Below are positions 1 through 9,594 of a stretch of 64,000 nucleotides of DNA, piece after piece. Origin of the DNA: Candidatus Uhrbacteria bacterium (lineage in GTDB: Bacteria; Patescibacteriota; Patescibacteriia; UBA9934; GWF2-40-263); NCBI GenBank assembly GCA_016844925.1, contig JAERTI010000035.1, positions 4,949-68,948 on the forward strand. The letters are read 5' to 3'. The notes below the pieces were generated by a model. That model worked only from the letters and a program-made list of their open reading frames with translations. It was not told where the DNA came from and ran no database searches. Positions within the stretch are counted from its first letter, which is position 1, and each line of letters opens with the position of its first letter. A program made the translations under genes and the position numbers.

Positions 1-1091
1 GTAATAAACTGATCAATGTCCGGATGCTCAACATCCAAAATAACCATTTTTGCGGCACGACGTGTTTTTCCTCCAGACTTAATCACTCCAGCAAAAGCGT
101 CCAAGCCCTTCATGAACGACACAGGACCTGAGGCTTTTCCGTTTGATCCACCAAGATACTCGTGACTTGAGCGAAGCTTTGACATGTTCGCACCAGCCCC
201 GGAACCTCCCTTAAAGAGCATTCCCTCTGTCACACACAGGTTCAAGATAGAGTGCATGTCATCCTCAACAGAGTTGATGAAACAGGCAGAACACTGCTGT
301 GGTCGGGTTGTTCCCACATTAAACCAGACAGGTGAGTTGAATGCTGCCATCTGGTTTACCAAAATGTGATGCAACTCATCATCAAAGGCCTGAGCGTCTT
401 TTTCTGTCTGGAAGTAGCCGTCTTTACGACCCCAGTTTGAAATCGTCTTAGCCACACGTCCAACAAGCTGACGAACGGAGCTCTCACGATCCTCTTTTCC
501 AACCGTTCCGAAAAAGTATTTTGAAACAACAATGTTGGTAGCCGTCTGTGACCAGGTCTTCGGCATCTCAACACCCTTCTGTTCGAACACCACGTTTCCC
601 TTAGAGTCATTGATGGTGGCATCACGCAGCTCCCATTCAATCGTGTCGAATGGATGCGCTCCTTCCTCTGTGAAGTATCGTGAAACGGAAATACCATTGC
701 CGTATTTCTCCTGCTGGTCATCACCAGCAGTCGTACTGCGGAACGCGCTATAAGACTTAGCGACGTGAATCAAGTTGTTATCGATCAGTGTGAGGTAAAT
801 AAACTCACGAACATCTGTAACAGACGGAACGGTGTGACCATCAAACTGACGTGTCAATCGTGTAAGCACCTGCTCTGCAATCCTCTCTGCCAATCGTTGA
901 TCCTTGTCCATGCCTGAAGCTTCAAGCGCACGACGTATAGACACCAATAACTTTTTCTTATCAAACTCCTGCTCTTCACCACTGCGCTTACGCAGAGCTT
1001 TAACAGATGTCATAAAATCCCAGACTGCCTCTGAGATGGCCTTGGTATCAACGGCCTTATCCTGAGCCTTAACGTTCGTGTGTTCAGACAT
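1..1091 (-). CDS. nrdJ: Adenosylcobalamin-dependent (class II) ribonucleotide reductase NrdJ, N-terminal ~363 aa; the 3' end runs off the window start
   Basis: Manual minus-strand translation from the ATG (rc of cat 1089-1091) gives MSEHTNVKAQDKAV.... It shows an ATP-cone-like KRSGEEQEFDKKKLLVSIRRALEA. The NrdJ-type block is VSRYFTEEGAHPFDTIEWELRDATI...VVFEQKGVEMPKTWSQTATNIVVSKYF. The catalytic-core block is CSACFINSVEDD..GGSGAGANMSKLR..GGKTRRAAKMVILDVEHPDI. It is absent from the ORF track, probably because there is no in-window stop. Confidence 0.75.
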   Translation of the reverse strand, partial: MSEHTNVKAQDKAVDTKAISEAVWDFMTSVKALRKRSGEEQEFDKKKLLVSIRRALEASGMDKDQRLAERIAEQVLTRLTRQFDGHTVPSVTDVREFIYLTLIDNNLIHVAKSYSAFRSTTAGDDQQEKYGNGISVSRYFTEEGAHPFDTIEWELRDATINDSKGNVVFEQKGVEMPKTWSQTATNIVVSKYFFGTVGKEDRESSVRQLVGRVAKTISNWGRKDGYFQTEKDAQAFDDELHHILVNQMAAFNSPVWFNVGTTRPQQCSACFINSVEDDMHSILNLCVTEGMLFKGGSGAGANMSKLRSSHEYLGGSNGKASGPVSFMKGLDAFAGVIKSGGKTRRAAKMVILDVEHPDIDQFI

Positions 1092-1227
1092 AACGAAGGT
1101 AAAGAAATATGTGTTTATTAGGCGAGTTTTTTGAAAGAATTTTGGCGGATAAAAATAAGATCCAACGTTGGGATCATATTTTCTCCTGGAAGAATCACGT
1201 ACGATAGCAAGATCCTCTTCCCCACGG

Positions 1228-1280
1228 CCACTACTACATGTTGTGGTCACTCAGTATTCTAGGCCACTATATATTGTGTG
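1228..1280 (-). promoter_or_regulatory. Putative NrdR operator pair in the nrdJ 5' leader (strong box 1264-1280, weaker box 1228-1246)
   Basis: The rc of 1264-1280 is CACACAATATATAGTGG. Its 16-mer ACACAATATATAGTGG matches the NrdR-box consensus acaCwAtATaTwGtgt at 15 of 16 positions. A second, looser palindrome CCACAACATGTAGTAGTGG lies about 35 bp away. Both are flanked by tgac..ggcc. Confidence 0.4.
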
Positions 1281-1330
1281 TCAAAGGACGGGTTATCCAC
1301 ACGTTTTTAAGACACTAAACACAGCTACAT

Positions 1331-1897
1331 CTAAAAACCCATGCTCAGATTAATCGAAGGAGCCTCTTGTTTTAGGACAAAATCGACTGGAATGGCGCGA
1401 CGCCCACCGAGACGATCCTCATAGGCGAGCGCGTTGTACTTCAAGCCGTACTCGTAGACCCCTTTGGTTACCTTCACATCCTGAATACAGTAATCCTTGA
1501 TCTCCTGAATCTTCCCTTCCTTCCACCACTCTACCGCCTGCAGACCATGTCCGCTTTTGCGGTGTCCGATTGTTGCCGCAGCCACATCATCCAGCTTCAG
1601 ACGGAACCCAAGAGCGGCCTTGATTTCCTCCAGCATGTCGAGCTGAGGAAACTTGTTCAGGTCACCAGGATAGTAGTTGTCCATGATCGGCACATCGAAG
1701 TACCGAGAGTTGTAGCCAATAATACGGTCGGCATGTTCCAGGCGTGGCCAAAGTTCTCCGAACTCACTTTCTTCAAAACAGCGATATTCATCCGTCTCAT
1801 AAAAATAGACCCCAATGACAGAAATTTTCATCTGCTTAAAATCAGGGCCTGCTGCTGTTTGAGTTTCAATGTCGAGAACAACTTCCTTATTTGCCAT
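1331..1897 (-). CDS. DEDD/RNase H-fold 3'-5' exonuclease (DnaQ/PolB-exonuclease-like)
   Basis: The ORF was trimmed to the internal ATG (cat 1895-1897; MANKEVVLDIETQ...). It carries Exo I-like VLDIETQ, IGYNSRYFDVP and a C-terminal YCIQDVKVTKGVYEYG motif. Confidence 0.5.
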   Translation of the reverse strand: MANKEVVLDIETQTAAGPDFKQMKISVIGVYFYETDEYRCFEESEFGELWPRLEHADRIIGYNSRYFDVPIMDNYYPGDLNKFPQLDMLEEIKAALGFRLKLDDVAAATIGHRKSGHGLQAVEWWKEGKIQEIKDYCIQDVKVTKGVYEYGLKYNALAYEDRLGGRRAIPVDFVLKQEAPSINLSMGF

Positions 1898-1920
1898 AGT
1901 GGAACCGATTATAGCACACC

Positions 1921-2922
1921 TTAGTTTTCCACAATGGTCTTCAGAACAAGTCCAATAGAACCGTCTGAAAGGAGCGCAGGCGAGGGGTCGCAAAAAAACT
2001 GTTCTGACTTAAATAATGCCGGTGTATCTAGGATATATTTTCCTCCCGGACCCATCTCATCGGTCACTGTCGTGGCCGGAAGCTCCTCAAAATGAATACC
2101 GTCATTGGACGTTGTCATGACAATTCCCCCATCACATCCATACAACTGAACCTGTCCACCAACAACCATCGCCCCAGGGATTCCCATGATCTCAGGGATC
2201 TTCACAGGATTCTCAAAAACGATGCCGTCACCACTTGTTGCAACCCACATACCCATATCTTCCCCTTCGTGCATAGCAAAGTACATGAACCACTTGCCAT
2301 TAAAAGCAATGACCTCTGGATCCGTCATGAGAGCCTCAGATGACAGTGACGCTCCCTCTATCTCAAAGTGGATCCCATCCTCAGAGATCGCCGAGTAAAA
2401 AACGTGAGTTTTTCCAGCACCCCCACCTCGTGTCGAGGAAAAGTCAAAGAAGTGCATTCGTAGCCTCCCGTCATCAAGCTGAATAACTGAGGGATCAACA
2501 GGAAGGTAGGATTCATCGATCACAGTCACCACTCTCTCAGACCACGTCTCACCATCGTCAAGTGACACAATAAACGAAACTTGCTCGTCGAGACCATCAA
2601 TCACAGGACTGCTATCGACAAAATAACTGAGCAACGCACCCGCAGGTACATCTCCCACCGCTTGGTCTAAGCGTGTTAGATCTGGAACCGACCCATGCTC
2701 TGCAATGGCCACGTCACCCACCTCCCAATCTCCTCCAGCTTCTCCGGTGGCAAAAAATACCTGATGGTAATACAAGTTAGGAATCTCATCATTCTGCACC
2801 TGTCCATGAACAAACGATTCGACTGGGGCAGTTGAAGCACCCGCGGAGTCATCGGAAGCTGGTGAGCAACCAAACCCTACAAGGACAATCAATGACAACA
2901 GCAAAAGGTTACGGAGTCTCAT
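1921..2922 (-). CDS. Secreted lipoprotein with repeated DGxxF/W motifs (beta-propeller glycosidase-like fold, GH43/GH32/GH130-like); function unknown
   Basis: A lipobox-type signal (LLSLIVLVGFGCSP) is present. DG(E/I)xW/F repeats recur (DDGETW, SEDGIHFE, SGDGIVFE, SNDGIHFE). Confidence 0.45.
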   Translation of the reverse strand: MRLRNLLLLSLIVLVGFGCSPASDDSAGASTAPVESFVHGQVQNDEIPNLYYHQVFFATGEAGGDWEVGDVAIAEHGSVPDLTRLDQAVGDVPAGALLSYFVDSSPVIDGLDEQVSFIVSLDDGETWSERVVTVIDESYLPVDPSVIQLDDGRLRMHFFDFSSTRGGGAGKTHVFYSAISEDGIHFEIEGASLSSEALMTDPEVIAFNGKWFMYFAMHEGEDMGMWVATSGDGIVFENPVKIPEIMGIPGAMVVGGQVQLYGCDGGIVMTTSNDGIHFEELPATTVTDEMGPGGKYILDTPALFKSEQFFCDPSPALLSDGSIGLVLKTIVEN

Positions 2923-3451
2923 AAAGATGGATGGTTTCAGATTGAATCGTCTTAGACGTAATATGCTTGAGCCCTGGAAAACTAAATGTCCGCGCTACAA
3001 CACGTGTACCAGATGGATAGTGCTCTAGCAAGATAGGCTCAAGGCGTTCATTCACCTCTTTAAATAAATAGCTCATTACTACGTCTGCCTGAGGGGGCTG
3101 CTCCTTGAACATGTCGCCATGGACAAACTCTGTACGATCTTCGACGCCGTATCGACGAGCAAGGTACCTGGAGAGCCAAACAAGCAGTCGCAGTCGTTCA
3201 ATGCCGTACCCATACGCCCCATGATCCCTGGCCGCTTGAATCACCATAGCCCCGTCTCCGGAGCCAAAGTCAACTACTCTCTCACCAGACTGTAACTCGG
3301 CAAGACGCAGCATTTCATCGGTGAGCGACGCCCGTGTTCGGACCCAGGGCACACCAAACACGCCGTTGAAAAGAAAATACCCTATCGTTATCAATATAAC
3401 GATAAGGCACATCTGAGCAATAAGAATCAATAAGATCAGCAAAGCTTCCAT
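2909..3451 (-). CDS. Membrane-anchored class I SAM-dependent methyltransferase
   Basis: An N-terminal TM helix is followed by motif I VVDFGSGDGAMV and motif II-like DVVMSYL. Confidence 0.6.
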   Translation of the reverse strand: MEALLILLILIAQMCLIVILITIGYFLFNGVFGVPWVRTRASLTDEMLRLAELQSGERVVDFGSGDGAMVIQAARDHGAYGYGIERLRLLVWLSRYLARRYGVEDRTEFVHGDMFKEQPPQADVVMSYLFKEVNERLEPILLEHYPSGTRVVARTFSFPGLKHITSKTIQSETIHLYETP

Positions 3452-3453
3452 AC

Positions 3454-4869
3454 CTACTCGATCTTGGCCGATGCTGCCGCAGCCTTAAGGCCTTCGGAAT
3501 ACGTTGGGAACGCGTGAATCATCTCAGCAAGCTTATCGATCTTTGCGCCGAGATACATGGCCAGTGCCGCCTCATGAATCACCTCACCTGCGCGCTGTCC
3601 AATCATGTGCGCCCCAAGAATTTTTCGTGTTGTCGGGTGGGCGATCAACTTAATCATCCCCACACGACTGTTATCTGTCACGCTACGCCCAAGTGACCCA
3701 ACAAGATACCGTCCAATGAGAAGCTTCTTGTGCTTCGCCCGAGCCTCAGCTTCCGTCACGCCCACAGAAGCCACCTCAGGGTCGATAAACGTCGCTCGTG
3801 GCACCACACGCATATCTCGTTTGCGAGGCGCTGTACGCTTACGTTTTGCCAGCAGGGCAGCATTATAGCCAGCGATCCACCCCTCATGGTGAGCCGTGTG
3901 CGTAAACTGCATCCCTCCATCAACATCACCTGCCGCAAAAATATGCTTCACGTTGGTTCGCTGATCTTTCGTTGTGGTTAGGGCCCCACGCTTATCGAGC
4001 AACACACCAGATTCATCCAAATGAAGTCCATCTATATTTGGTCGTTTCCCCGTGGCAACAACAACCGTCTCGACAGCATGCATCTGCGCCACACCTCCAC
4101 TCTCAACATTTAGCCCTGTCACACCCCCTCGAGCATTCACGATCTCCGTGATCTTTGCATCCGTAATCACCTCAACACCCAAGTGCTGTAGGACACTTTC
4201 TGCAATCTGCGAAATTTCTGCATCCTCTCGATGTAGGACCACTGGATTTGCTTGAAGAAGCAAAACACGTGTTCCAAAGCTCGCGTAGAATGTCGCGATC
4301 TCACACCCAACAGGCCCTCCGCCAATAATCGCCATGCTCTTTGGCTGACGCTTTGCTGTAATAGCCTCTTTCCATCCCCAAAAGGTAATTTCATCGAGCC
4401 CCGGAATCGGTGGAATGAAATCAACTGTTCCTGTAGCGATAATAATCGTCTTGCCATAGACATCCTCTCCGTTCACCTCAACAGTATGCGCATCGACGAA
4501 TGTTGCTTCACCGATTACTCTCTCAACTCCTTTCATTTCGTCGAGAATCTTGATGTAGCGATCCCCATGCTCACCACCGCCAGTAATCGCTTCAACCACT
4601 CCCTGCCGATAGTTCATGACACGTTTAAAGTCGTACGAACGGCTCCCAAGATCAATGCCGTACTCTCGAGCGTGGCCCATGAGCCTGTACGCCTTAGCTG
4701 CCTTCAAAATGGCCTTAGAAGGCACGCAAGCAAAGTTTGGGCACTCTCCCCCAAACCGCTCTTTTTCGATAACGCACACAGAAGCCCCAAGACTTAAGGC
4801 GCCCTCAATAGCTGAGAACCCCGCAGAACCGGTCCCGATGACCACAACGTCGAACGATTTTTTTGCCAT
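3454..4869 (-). CDS. Pyridine nucleotide-disulfide oxidoreductase of the dihydrolipoyl dehydrogenase / mercuric-reductase class
   Basis: The gene was trimmed to MAKKSFDVVVIGTGSAG (FAD GxGxxG). It has the redox-active disulfide GGECPNFACVPSK, an NAD site IIGGGPVGCE and a dimerisation-domain HAFPTYSE. Confidence 0.8.
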   Translation of the reverse strand: MAKKSFDVVVIGTGSAGFSAIEGALSLGASVCVIEKERFGGECPNFACVPSKAILKAAKAYRLMGHAREYGIDLGSRSYDFKRVMNYRQGVVEAITGGGEHGDRYIKILDEMKGVERVIGEATFVDAHTVEVNGEDVYGKTIIIATGTVDFIPPIPGLDEITFWGWKEAITAKRQPKSMAIIGGGPVGCEIATFYASFGTRVLLLQANPVVLHREDAEISQIAESVLQHLGVEVITDAKITEIVNARGGVTGLNVESGGVAQMHAVETVVVATGKRPNIDGLHLDESGVLLDKRGALTTTKDQRTNVKHIFAAGDVDGGMQFTHTAHHEGWIAGYNAALLAKRKRTAPRKRDMRVVPRATFIDPEVASVGVTEAEARAKHKKLLIGRYLVGSLGRSVTDNSRVGMIKLIAHPTTRKILGAHMIGQRAGEVIHEAALAMYLGAKIDKLAEMIHAFPTYSEGLKAAAASAKIE

Positions 4870-4873
4870 ACTA

Positions 4874-5860
4874 TTAGAAAAGATTTTCTGCCGTGTTCCA
4901 AAGTCTGTCATCACCGGCCTGTTTAAGTGCATACCACCACTCAGCTCCCCAGAGATAGACTTCTGAAAGACCTGCAGCGCGGGCGAACGTTATATTTTGT
5001 TCAAACATTTCTTGCGTGAAGGCATCATACCACTGAGTCAGTGGACGAGATTCAATCGGTTCATGAAACCAAGGCTCTGCTTGGAGCTCAGAGACAATTA
5101 CTCGCTCCACATGTCCGTCAATTAACTTCGCACGGAAGTAGTAAAAATCTGGGCTAATCGGATACACAAAATGACCAAAGAAGTCATTGTACGTCTGACG
5201 ATACATGGAGAGACCCAGAACATCCGCGGCCTGAGCAGCATCCATCCACGCCCCCAACTCTCCACTCACCGTTAGCTGCACGGGCCGGTCGTCCAAGTCA
5301 CGCACAAGGTCGACACGCTCCTGCACTTGAGCAACAGTAAACGTTGGACACTCACCGAACGGGAAGAACGGCTCATTATCCACCTGCCAACGCACAACGG
5401 CCTCCAAATCTTTGTACCGATTCACCGCCGCCTCGATAATCCCCAACGTTGCGTGCTGCTGATACGTCTCGTTCAGCTTCTCAGCCCAGTCAGGAATGAA
5501 ACACTCAGGCCAGCGTGGCACCTTTGCCCCAACCACAACCGTGAGATCCACGTCACGCTCTGCTGCTGTTTCGATCAACCAGTCAGGCTTCTCCCAATCA
5601 AACTCTCCTTCTGTGTGCTCAATATCTGACCAATACAATGGCAGACGAACTGACGAGACCTCCAGCTCATCAACAAGTGCTAAAAACGTTTCTTGATAAT
5701 CAAGACCAAGTTGCTCTGCATAAAGCCACGAGTACGTCACTCCGAACTCTGGCTCCACCTCTGGTCTTGCATTCACCCAAAACGAGGCAAAGCTAAACAC
5801 CCCCACCGCAGCGATGAGGGCGAGCACAAGCCATAAATGTAAGTGTTTCTTGTGCCTCAT
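4874..5860 (-). CDS. Membrane-anchored TIM-barrel glycoside hydrolase (GH5/GH113-like)
   Basis: An N-terminal TM helix is present. WQVDNEPFFPFG contains the NEP acid/base motif of clan GH-A. Confidence 0.5.
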   Translation of the reverse strand: MRHKKHLHLWLVLALIAAVGVFSFASFWVNARPEVEPEFGVTYSWLYAEQLGLDYQETFLALVDELEVSSVRLPLYWSDIEHTEGEFDWEKPDWLIETAAERDVDLTVVVGAKVPRWPECFIPDWAEKLNETYQQHATLGIIEAAVNRYKDLEAVVRWQVDNEPFFPFGECPTFTVAQVQERVDLVRDLDDRPVQLTVSGELGAWMDAAQAADVLGLSMYRQTYNDFFGHFVYPISPDFYYFRAKLIDGHVERVIVSELQAEPWFHEPIESRPLTQWYDAFTQEMFEQNITFARAAGLSEVYLWGAEWWYALKQAGDDRLWNTAENLF

Positions 5861-5886
5861 GTCCTCCGTGTTTACCTCCTACCCCC

Positions 5887-7473
5887 TTAGATCTCCTCGC
5901 GTTTCTCACGCAAGAATGCTAACCAACTCTCAACAATGCCAATGGCTGCCTTAAATGGTGCCTCGATAATAAAGTCAAAGAAGAACAAAAAGATATTGAC
6001 CTTTGGTGCTCGCAAGGCCACCCAACGTCCAGCACGAACAATCGGCAAAAACAGGACGTCAGAGAAGCTCCCAAAGAACCCTCGTGACATATCAATCACC
6101 ACCAACTCCCGTCGTGTGTTGCGGATGCGTAGTCCAAAGTAGGCTACAAGGGACAGGAAGAAAATGAAGAAGAAGATAGACAAGACGTTGAAGTGCAGGC
6201 CTGTACGGAGCACCCAAGCAATAGCGGAGATGGTCAGAAGCCACACAGTAAGATAGAGACCGTTGAAAATCCACCAAAGTGCTCCTTTGTTCCATGGTCG
6301 ACGACGCTTGAAAATAAGCGAGAAGTCATCCCCAGAACCAATCAACCCATGAATCTCTTCGAGGACTTTTTCCGTGTTCTTTGTTCTTGGAATGCGTACG
6401 GTAAGCCCCACAACAGCAAGCAACAGCGGCGGGAACAAAATGTTTACCATCAGCGGGAAGTAATCTGTTGCCTGCAAGATAAACACCTCAAATGGATACT
6501 CCACCAAGAATGCCAAGATGGACTTTGTCAGAAGCAAGAAGATGGCCGCACGGACAACCGTTCGCTTCAATCGCTTGCGGAATGTGCCGTAACGTTCCTG
6601 TGCTGCCTTAGAGATGGCTGTATCGATGCTGGCGACATCCCCACTGGTGAGTGCCCCGGCAAAAGCTTCGGGATTATCCTTTGCAATATCAGAAAGTAGG
6701 TGGAAGACAATGCCGTGACGGCGCACAAATCGGAAAACAGCATCTTGTGCTGGGTGTGTAATCTGACCTTCCACAGAATCGATCACCTTCACAAGATTCA
6801 TGGCGATCTCTTTGACCACTGGAGCCTCGGGTGAAGCCTTGCGCCAATCAGGGTAATAAAGCGTCAATATACGGTACCGCAGGGTGGCAAGGTTTGATTT
6901 CAAAACAGCTCGATGGGTCGCAATATACAGCTGCAGGTCTCGATCCCCTTCTGAAATGACGGATGTCTGCCACTCGATACGCTTGTTCAATTCCTGGTAC
7001 GCATAGCTTGCCAGCGCCTCATCGATGCAGGGTGGGCCAAGAACGTACTCAATCTCAACGGACAGAACATCTGAAAGCCATGCATACACCCGTTGTCCTT
7101 CCGCGCTCTCAGGTTCGAGAATGCCAAAGAGAAGTTTGTACTTCTCAAGAATCCCAGAGACCTTAGCGATCATCGCCGTTGGAACTTGCTCGTTAGGAAG
7201 ATACTTTGCCCAGATAAGTTCGCGCAGTAGTTTCGCAGCCATCTCTCCAGAGGGACCCTCTACCATGCGTCGCTTCAAAATCCGACGAATAGCATTGCGA
7301 CGCAAGAGGTGCTCTTCGTCATACTCAAGCGAGTTACGCACGGTCTCATACACTGAAGCAGCCGCGGACACCGTGTCCGAGACCTTAATCACATCTTCAA
7401 CGTTTTTTGCTTCTTCTTCCTCTCGGCTCATCTGCGCGATGGTGGCCAAGAGATGTTCTAGTGCTTTATCCAT
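5887..7473 (-). CDS. Hypothetical protein with a ~300-aa soluble N-terminal domain and a C-terminal multi-TM domain
   Basis: This is a long intact ORF. The C-terminal third is strongly hydrophobic (IFLLLTKSILAFLVEYPF..., LLTISAIAWVL..., IFFFIFFLSLVAYFG). No family was recognised. Confidence 0.45.
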   Translation of the reverse strand: MDKALEHLLATIAQMSREEEEAKNVEDVIKVSDTVSAAASVYETVRNSLEYDEEHLLRRNAIRRILKRRMVEGPSGEMAAKLLRELIWAKYLPNEQVPTAMIAKVSGILEKYKLLFGILEPESAEGQRVYAWLSDVLSVEIEYVLGPPCIDEALASYAYQELNKRIEWQTSVISEGDRDLQLYIATHRAVLKSNLATLRYRILTLYYPDWRKASPEAPVVKEIAMNLVKVIDSVEGQITHPAQDAVFRFVRRHGIVFHLLSDIAKDNPEAFAGALTSGDVASIDTAISKAAQERYGTFRKRLKRTVVRAAIFLLLTKSILAFLVEYPFEVFILQATDYFPLMVNILFPPLLLAVVGLTVRIPRTKNTEKVLEEIHGLIGSGDDFSLIFKRRRPWNKGALWWIFNGLYLTVWLLTISAIAWVLRTGLHFNVLSIFFFIFFLSLVAYFGLRIRNTRRELVVIDMSRGFFGSFSDVLFLPIVRAGRWVALRAPKVNIFLFFFDFIIEAPFKAAIGIVESWLAFLREKREEI

Positions 7474-7479
7474 ACAAGA

Positions 7480-8829
7480 TTACACAATCAACGGCAGTGG
7501 ATGAATTTCGCTTTTTCGGCCCAAAACTAGGTCCTCAATGCGGTACGTGCCGTGTGTTGGAGCCTCAATGTAGCCATTGTAGGCCATGCGCGCAACCCCT
7601 CCGGACTCAATCCAATCTTCGAGCCACTCATCGGTATAACGCGGATCATTCATCGGCACACCTCCCCCAACGTAGTCTAACCAGATACGATTGAATTCCT
7701 CCTGACTCCCAATGGGCGGTGCCATGATCACCGCAATGCCAAGCCCACAATAAAACGACATTTCAGAGGGTTTGGTCCAAAGAATATCCGTCGTCTTAAG
7801 CACCTCGTTAAAGTCACTGAAATAATCTTGACGACTCTCATGCTCAGGAACGTTCACCCATGTCCCAAGCTCCTTCTTCAGCCCAAGGTCTTTCACAGCA
7901 CTGCGGTAATAGCGAATGGCATCTTTTCGATAACCTGCCATCAGGTTCAAACGAACCTCGTGTCGCGCAATCTTCGATTTGAGACTCTTTAAGATCTTTA
8001 CTCCCAAAGCTCGCTGCGCACCAGCACCACCAACAGAGTACGTAATGGTGAGTGGATGCGTTGCCTCACCTTTTTTACAACGCGCTGGACCCAACTTGGC
8101 TCTAAGCACCTGTGCATAGCGATCATGAAAGATCCCATTTGGATCGAGATTGCAAAGACGACCTGAAAGCAGATTTTTCAGAGTGGTCGATGTAGCACCC
8201 CCAATCAACTCCTTAGGCAGAGGGAACCCTGTCGCATAGATATTTTCTGCTGGGACACCATAGAGCTTTAATCGCTCCACCACACGCCCATTGCTCGCCA
8301 GGTACTTAATGCGAGACCGCTTCGGATCGAGCGGCGCCCAGGCTCGAGAAATATCTGCATCTGTTGTGACACACCAAATGTCTCCAGGGTAATCGTAATA
8401 TTCGGCAAAAAAGGCTGGGATAAAAAACGTGGTGACCATCGGGAGCGGGTTCTCTGAAAGCTTCTCGATGAAATGCTTCCCAAGCCCCTTACGAATCATC
8501 CGAAAGATCTGCTTCACCTGCATGTTTGGCTTGGAGAGATCGCGCTTGGGGTAAAACTTCTCGATCTGCTGCCAATGATCCAAGGCTTCAAACAAAAAAT
8601 TCCCAACCACGGGAATGGGTTTCATTCTAGAAATCGCCTCATACACCTCACGACTCTCACGCCAAAGCTTCCGGTCTTCGGCAGGAATCCCTTTATAATC
8701 ATTCGCAGAAAGCACTAGCCCACCAGAGAGATCCCGAAGGGTATGGGCCGCACGAGAGTGGCCATACCCCATATTCACATCAACAACCCAGGCTTGTTGC
8801 TTGGTGCGCTTGTGCGTGTGCTTGGGCAT
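7480..8829 (-). CDS. GT28-family glycosyltransferase (MGDG synthase / UgtP diacylglycerol glycosyltransferase-like)
   Basis: The gene was trimmed to MPKHTHKRTKQQAWVVDVNMGYGHSRAAHTL (the GxGH motif of UgtP/MGD). Later blocks are EYYDYPGDIWCVTTD and ITYSVGGAGAQRA. Confidence 0.6.
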   Translation of the reverse strand: MPKHTHKRTKQQAWVVDVNMGYGHSRAAHTLRDLSGGLVLSANDYKGIPAEDRKLWRESREVYEAISRMKPIPVVGNFLFEALDHWQQIEKFYPKRDLSKPNMQVKQIFRMIRKGLGKHFIEKLSENPLPMVTTFFIPAFFAEYYDYPGDIWCVTTDADISRAWAPLDPKRSRIKYLASNGRVVERLKLYGVPAENIYATGFPLPKELIGGATSTTLKNLLSGRLCNLDPNGIFHDRYAQVLRAKLGPARCKKGEATHPLTITYSVGGAGAQRALGVKILKSLKSKIARHEVRLNLMAGYRKDAIRYYRSAVKDLGLKKELGTWVNVPEHESRQDYFSDFNEVLKTTDILWTKPSEMSFYCGLGIAVIMAPPIGSQEEFNRIWLDYVGGGVPMNDPRYTDEWLEDWIESGGVARMAYNGYIEAPTHGTYRIEDLVLGRKSEIHPLPLIV

Positions 8830-8830
8830 A

Positions 8831-9574
8831 CTAGAAGAATGAACGATCCTTCGACTTTGAAACAATCTTATGAGCCTCTTCTGCTGTATCGACAATCTGA
8901 ATCAAATCAAGGTCCTTCGCTGAGATAGTCTGATGCGCTTCAAGTTGTACAGCACGCACCCATTCAAACAATCCGTCCCAAAATTCTTTTCCAACGCAAA
9001 CGACTGGCGTTCCTGACATCTTTCCTGTTTGGATAAGGGTCACAATCTCAAACAACTCATCGAGTGTTCCGAATCCTCCTGGGAAATAGACGTAAGCCTG
9101 CGCTGAGGCAGCCAACATCACCTTTCGAGTAAAGAAATAGTGGAAACCACGTGAGTGTGTCACATAGGGGTTCACGCGCTGCTCTGTCGGCAGTTGAATA
9201 TTGATTCCAATAGACGGACCTCCAGCTTCAGATGCCCCCTTGTTAGCCGCCTCCATGATTCCAGGGCCACCACCGGTAATGACCGTATAACCACACTCCG
9301 TAAGGAGCTTTCCAAGCTTCTCCGCCTCCTTGTACCACTTCGTCTCTGGAGCTAATCGAGCTGAACCAAGAATGGTCACCTCGTTTCGTGACTGAGCGAG
9401 AAACTGAAATCCTTCTACGAATTCCGACATGATGCGGAAAATGCGCCAGGAAATTTCATAGAGACGTGCTGGCTCATCGGCTTTTTCATTGGCCGCAAGT
9501 GGAAGCCGACAAACGTTCTCTTCAATGTTCTTAACGAGTTTTGGAAGTTGTTTCTTTGAGTTTTTCTTTGACAT
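8831..9574 (-). CDS. LOG-family protein (cytokinin riboside 5'-monophosphate phosphoribohydrolase-like / TIGR00730)
   Basis: GGGPGIMEA and PGGFGTLDELFE motifs are present. Confidence 0.85.
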   Translation of the reverse strand: MSKKNSKKQLPKLVKNIEENVCRLPLAANEKADEPARLYEISWRIFRIMSEFVEGFQFLAQSRNEVTILGSARLAPETKWYKEAEKLGKLLTECGYTVITGGGPGIMEAANKGASEAGGPSIGINIQLPTEQRVNPYVTHSRGFHYFFTRKVMLAASAQAYVYFPGGFGTLDELFEIVTLIQTGKMSGTPVVCVGKEFWDGLFEWVRAVQLEAHQTISAKDLDLIQIVDTAEEAHKIVSKSKDRSFF

Positions 9575-9594
9575 AGTGGGAATAGTTTATCACA

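Noticed and set aside
184-753. ORF-track entries 184-369 (+), 356-724 (-) and 532-753 (+)
   Set aside because: All lie inside the nrdJ coding region (minus strand, a different frame). The nrdJ frame translates into coherent RNR blocks across this whole span, so these are frame shadows.
1092-1330. Cobalamin riboswitch in the nrdJ leader
   Set aside because: No B12-box-like conserved core was recognisable. Established knowledge says B12 riboswitches usually control B12-independent isozymes, not nrdJ. The NrdR-box interpretation fits the palindromes better.
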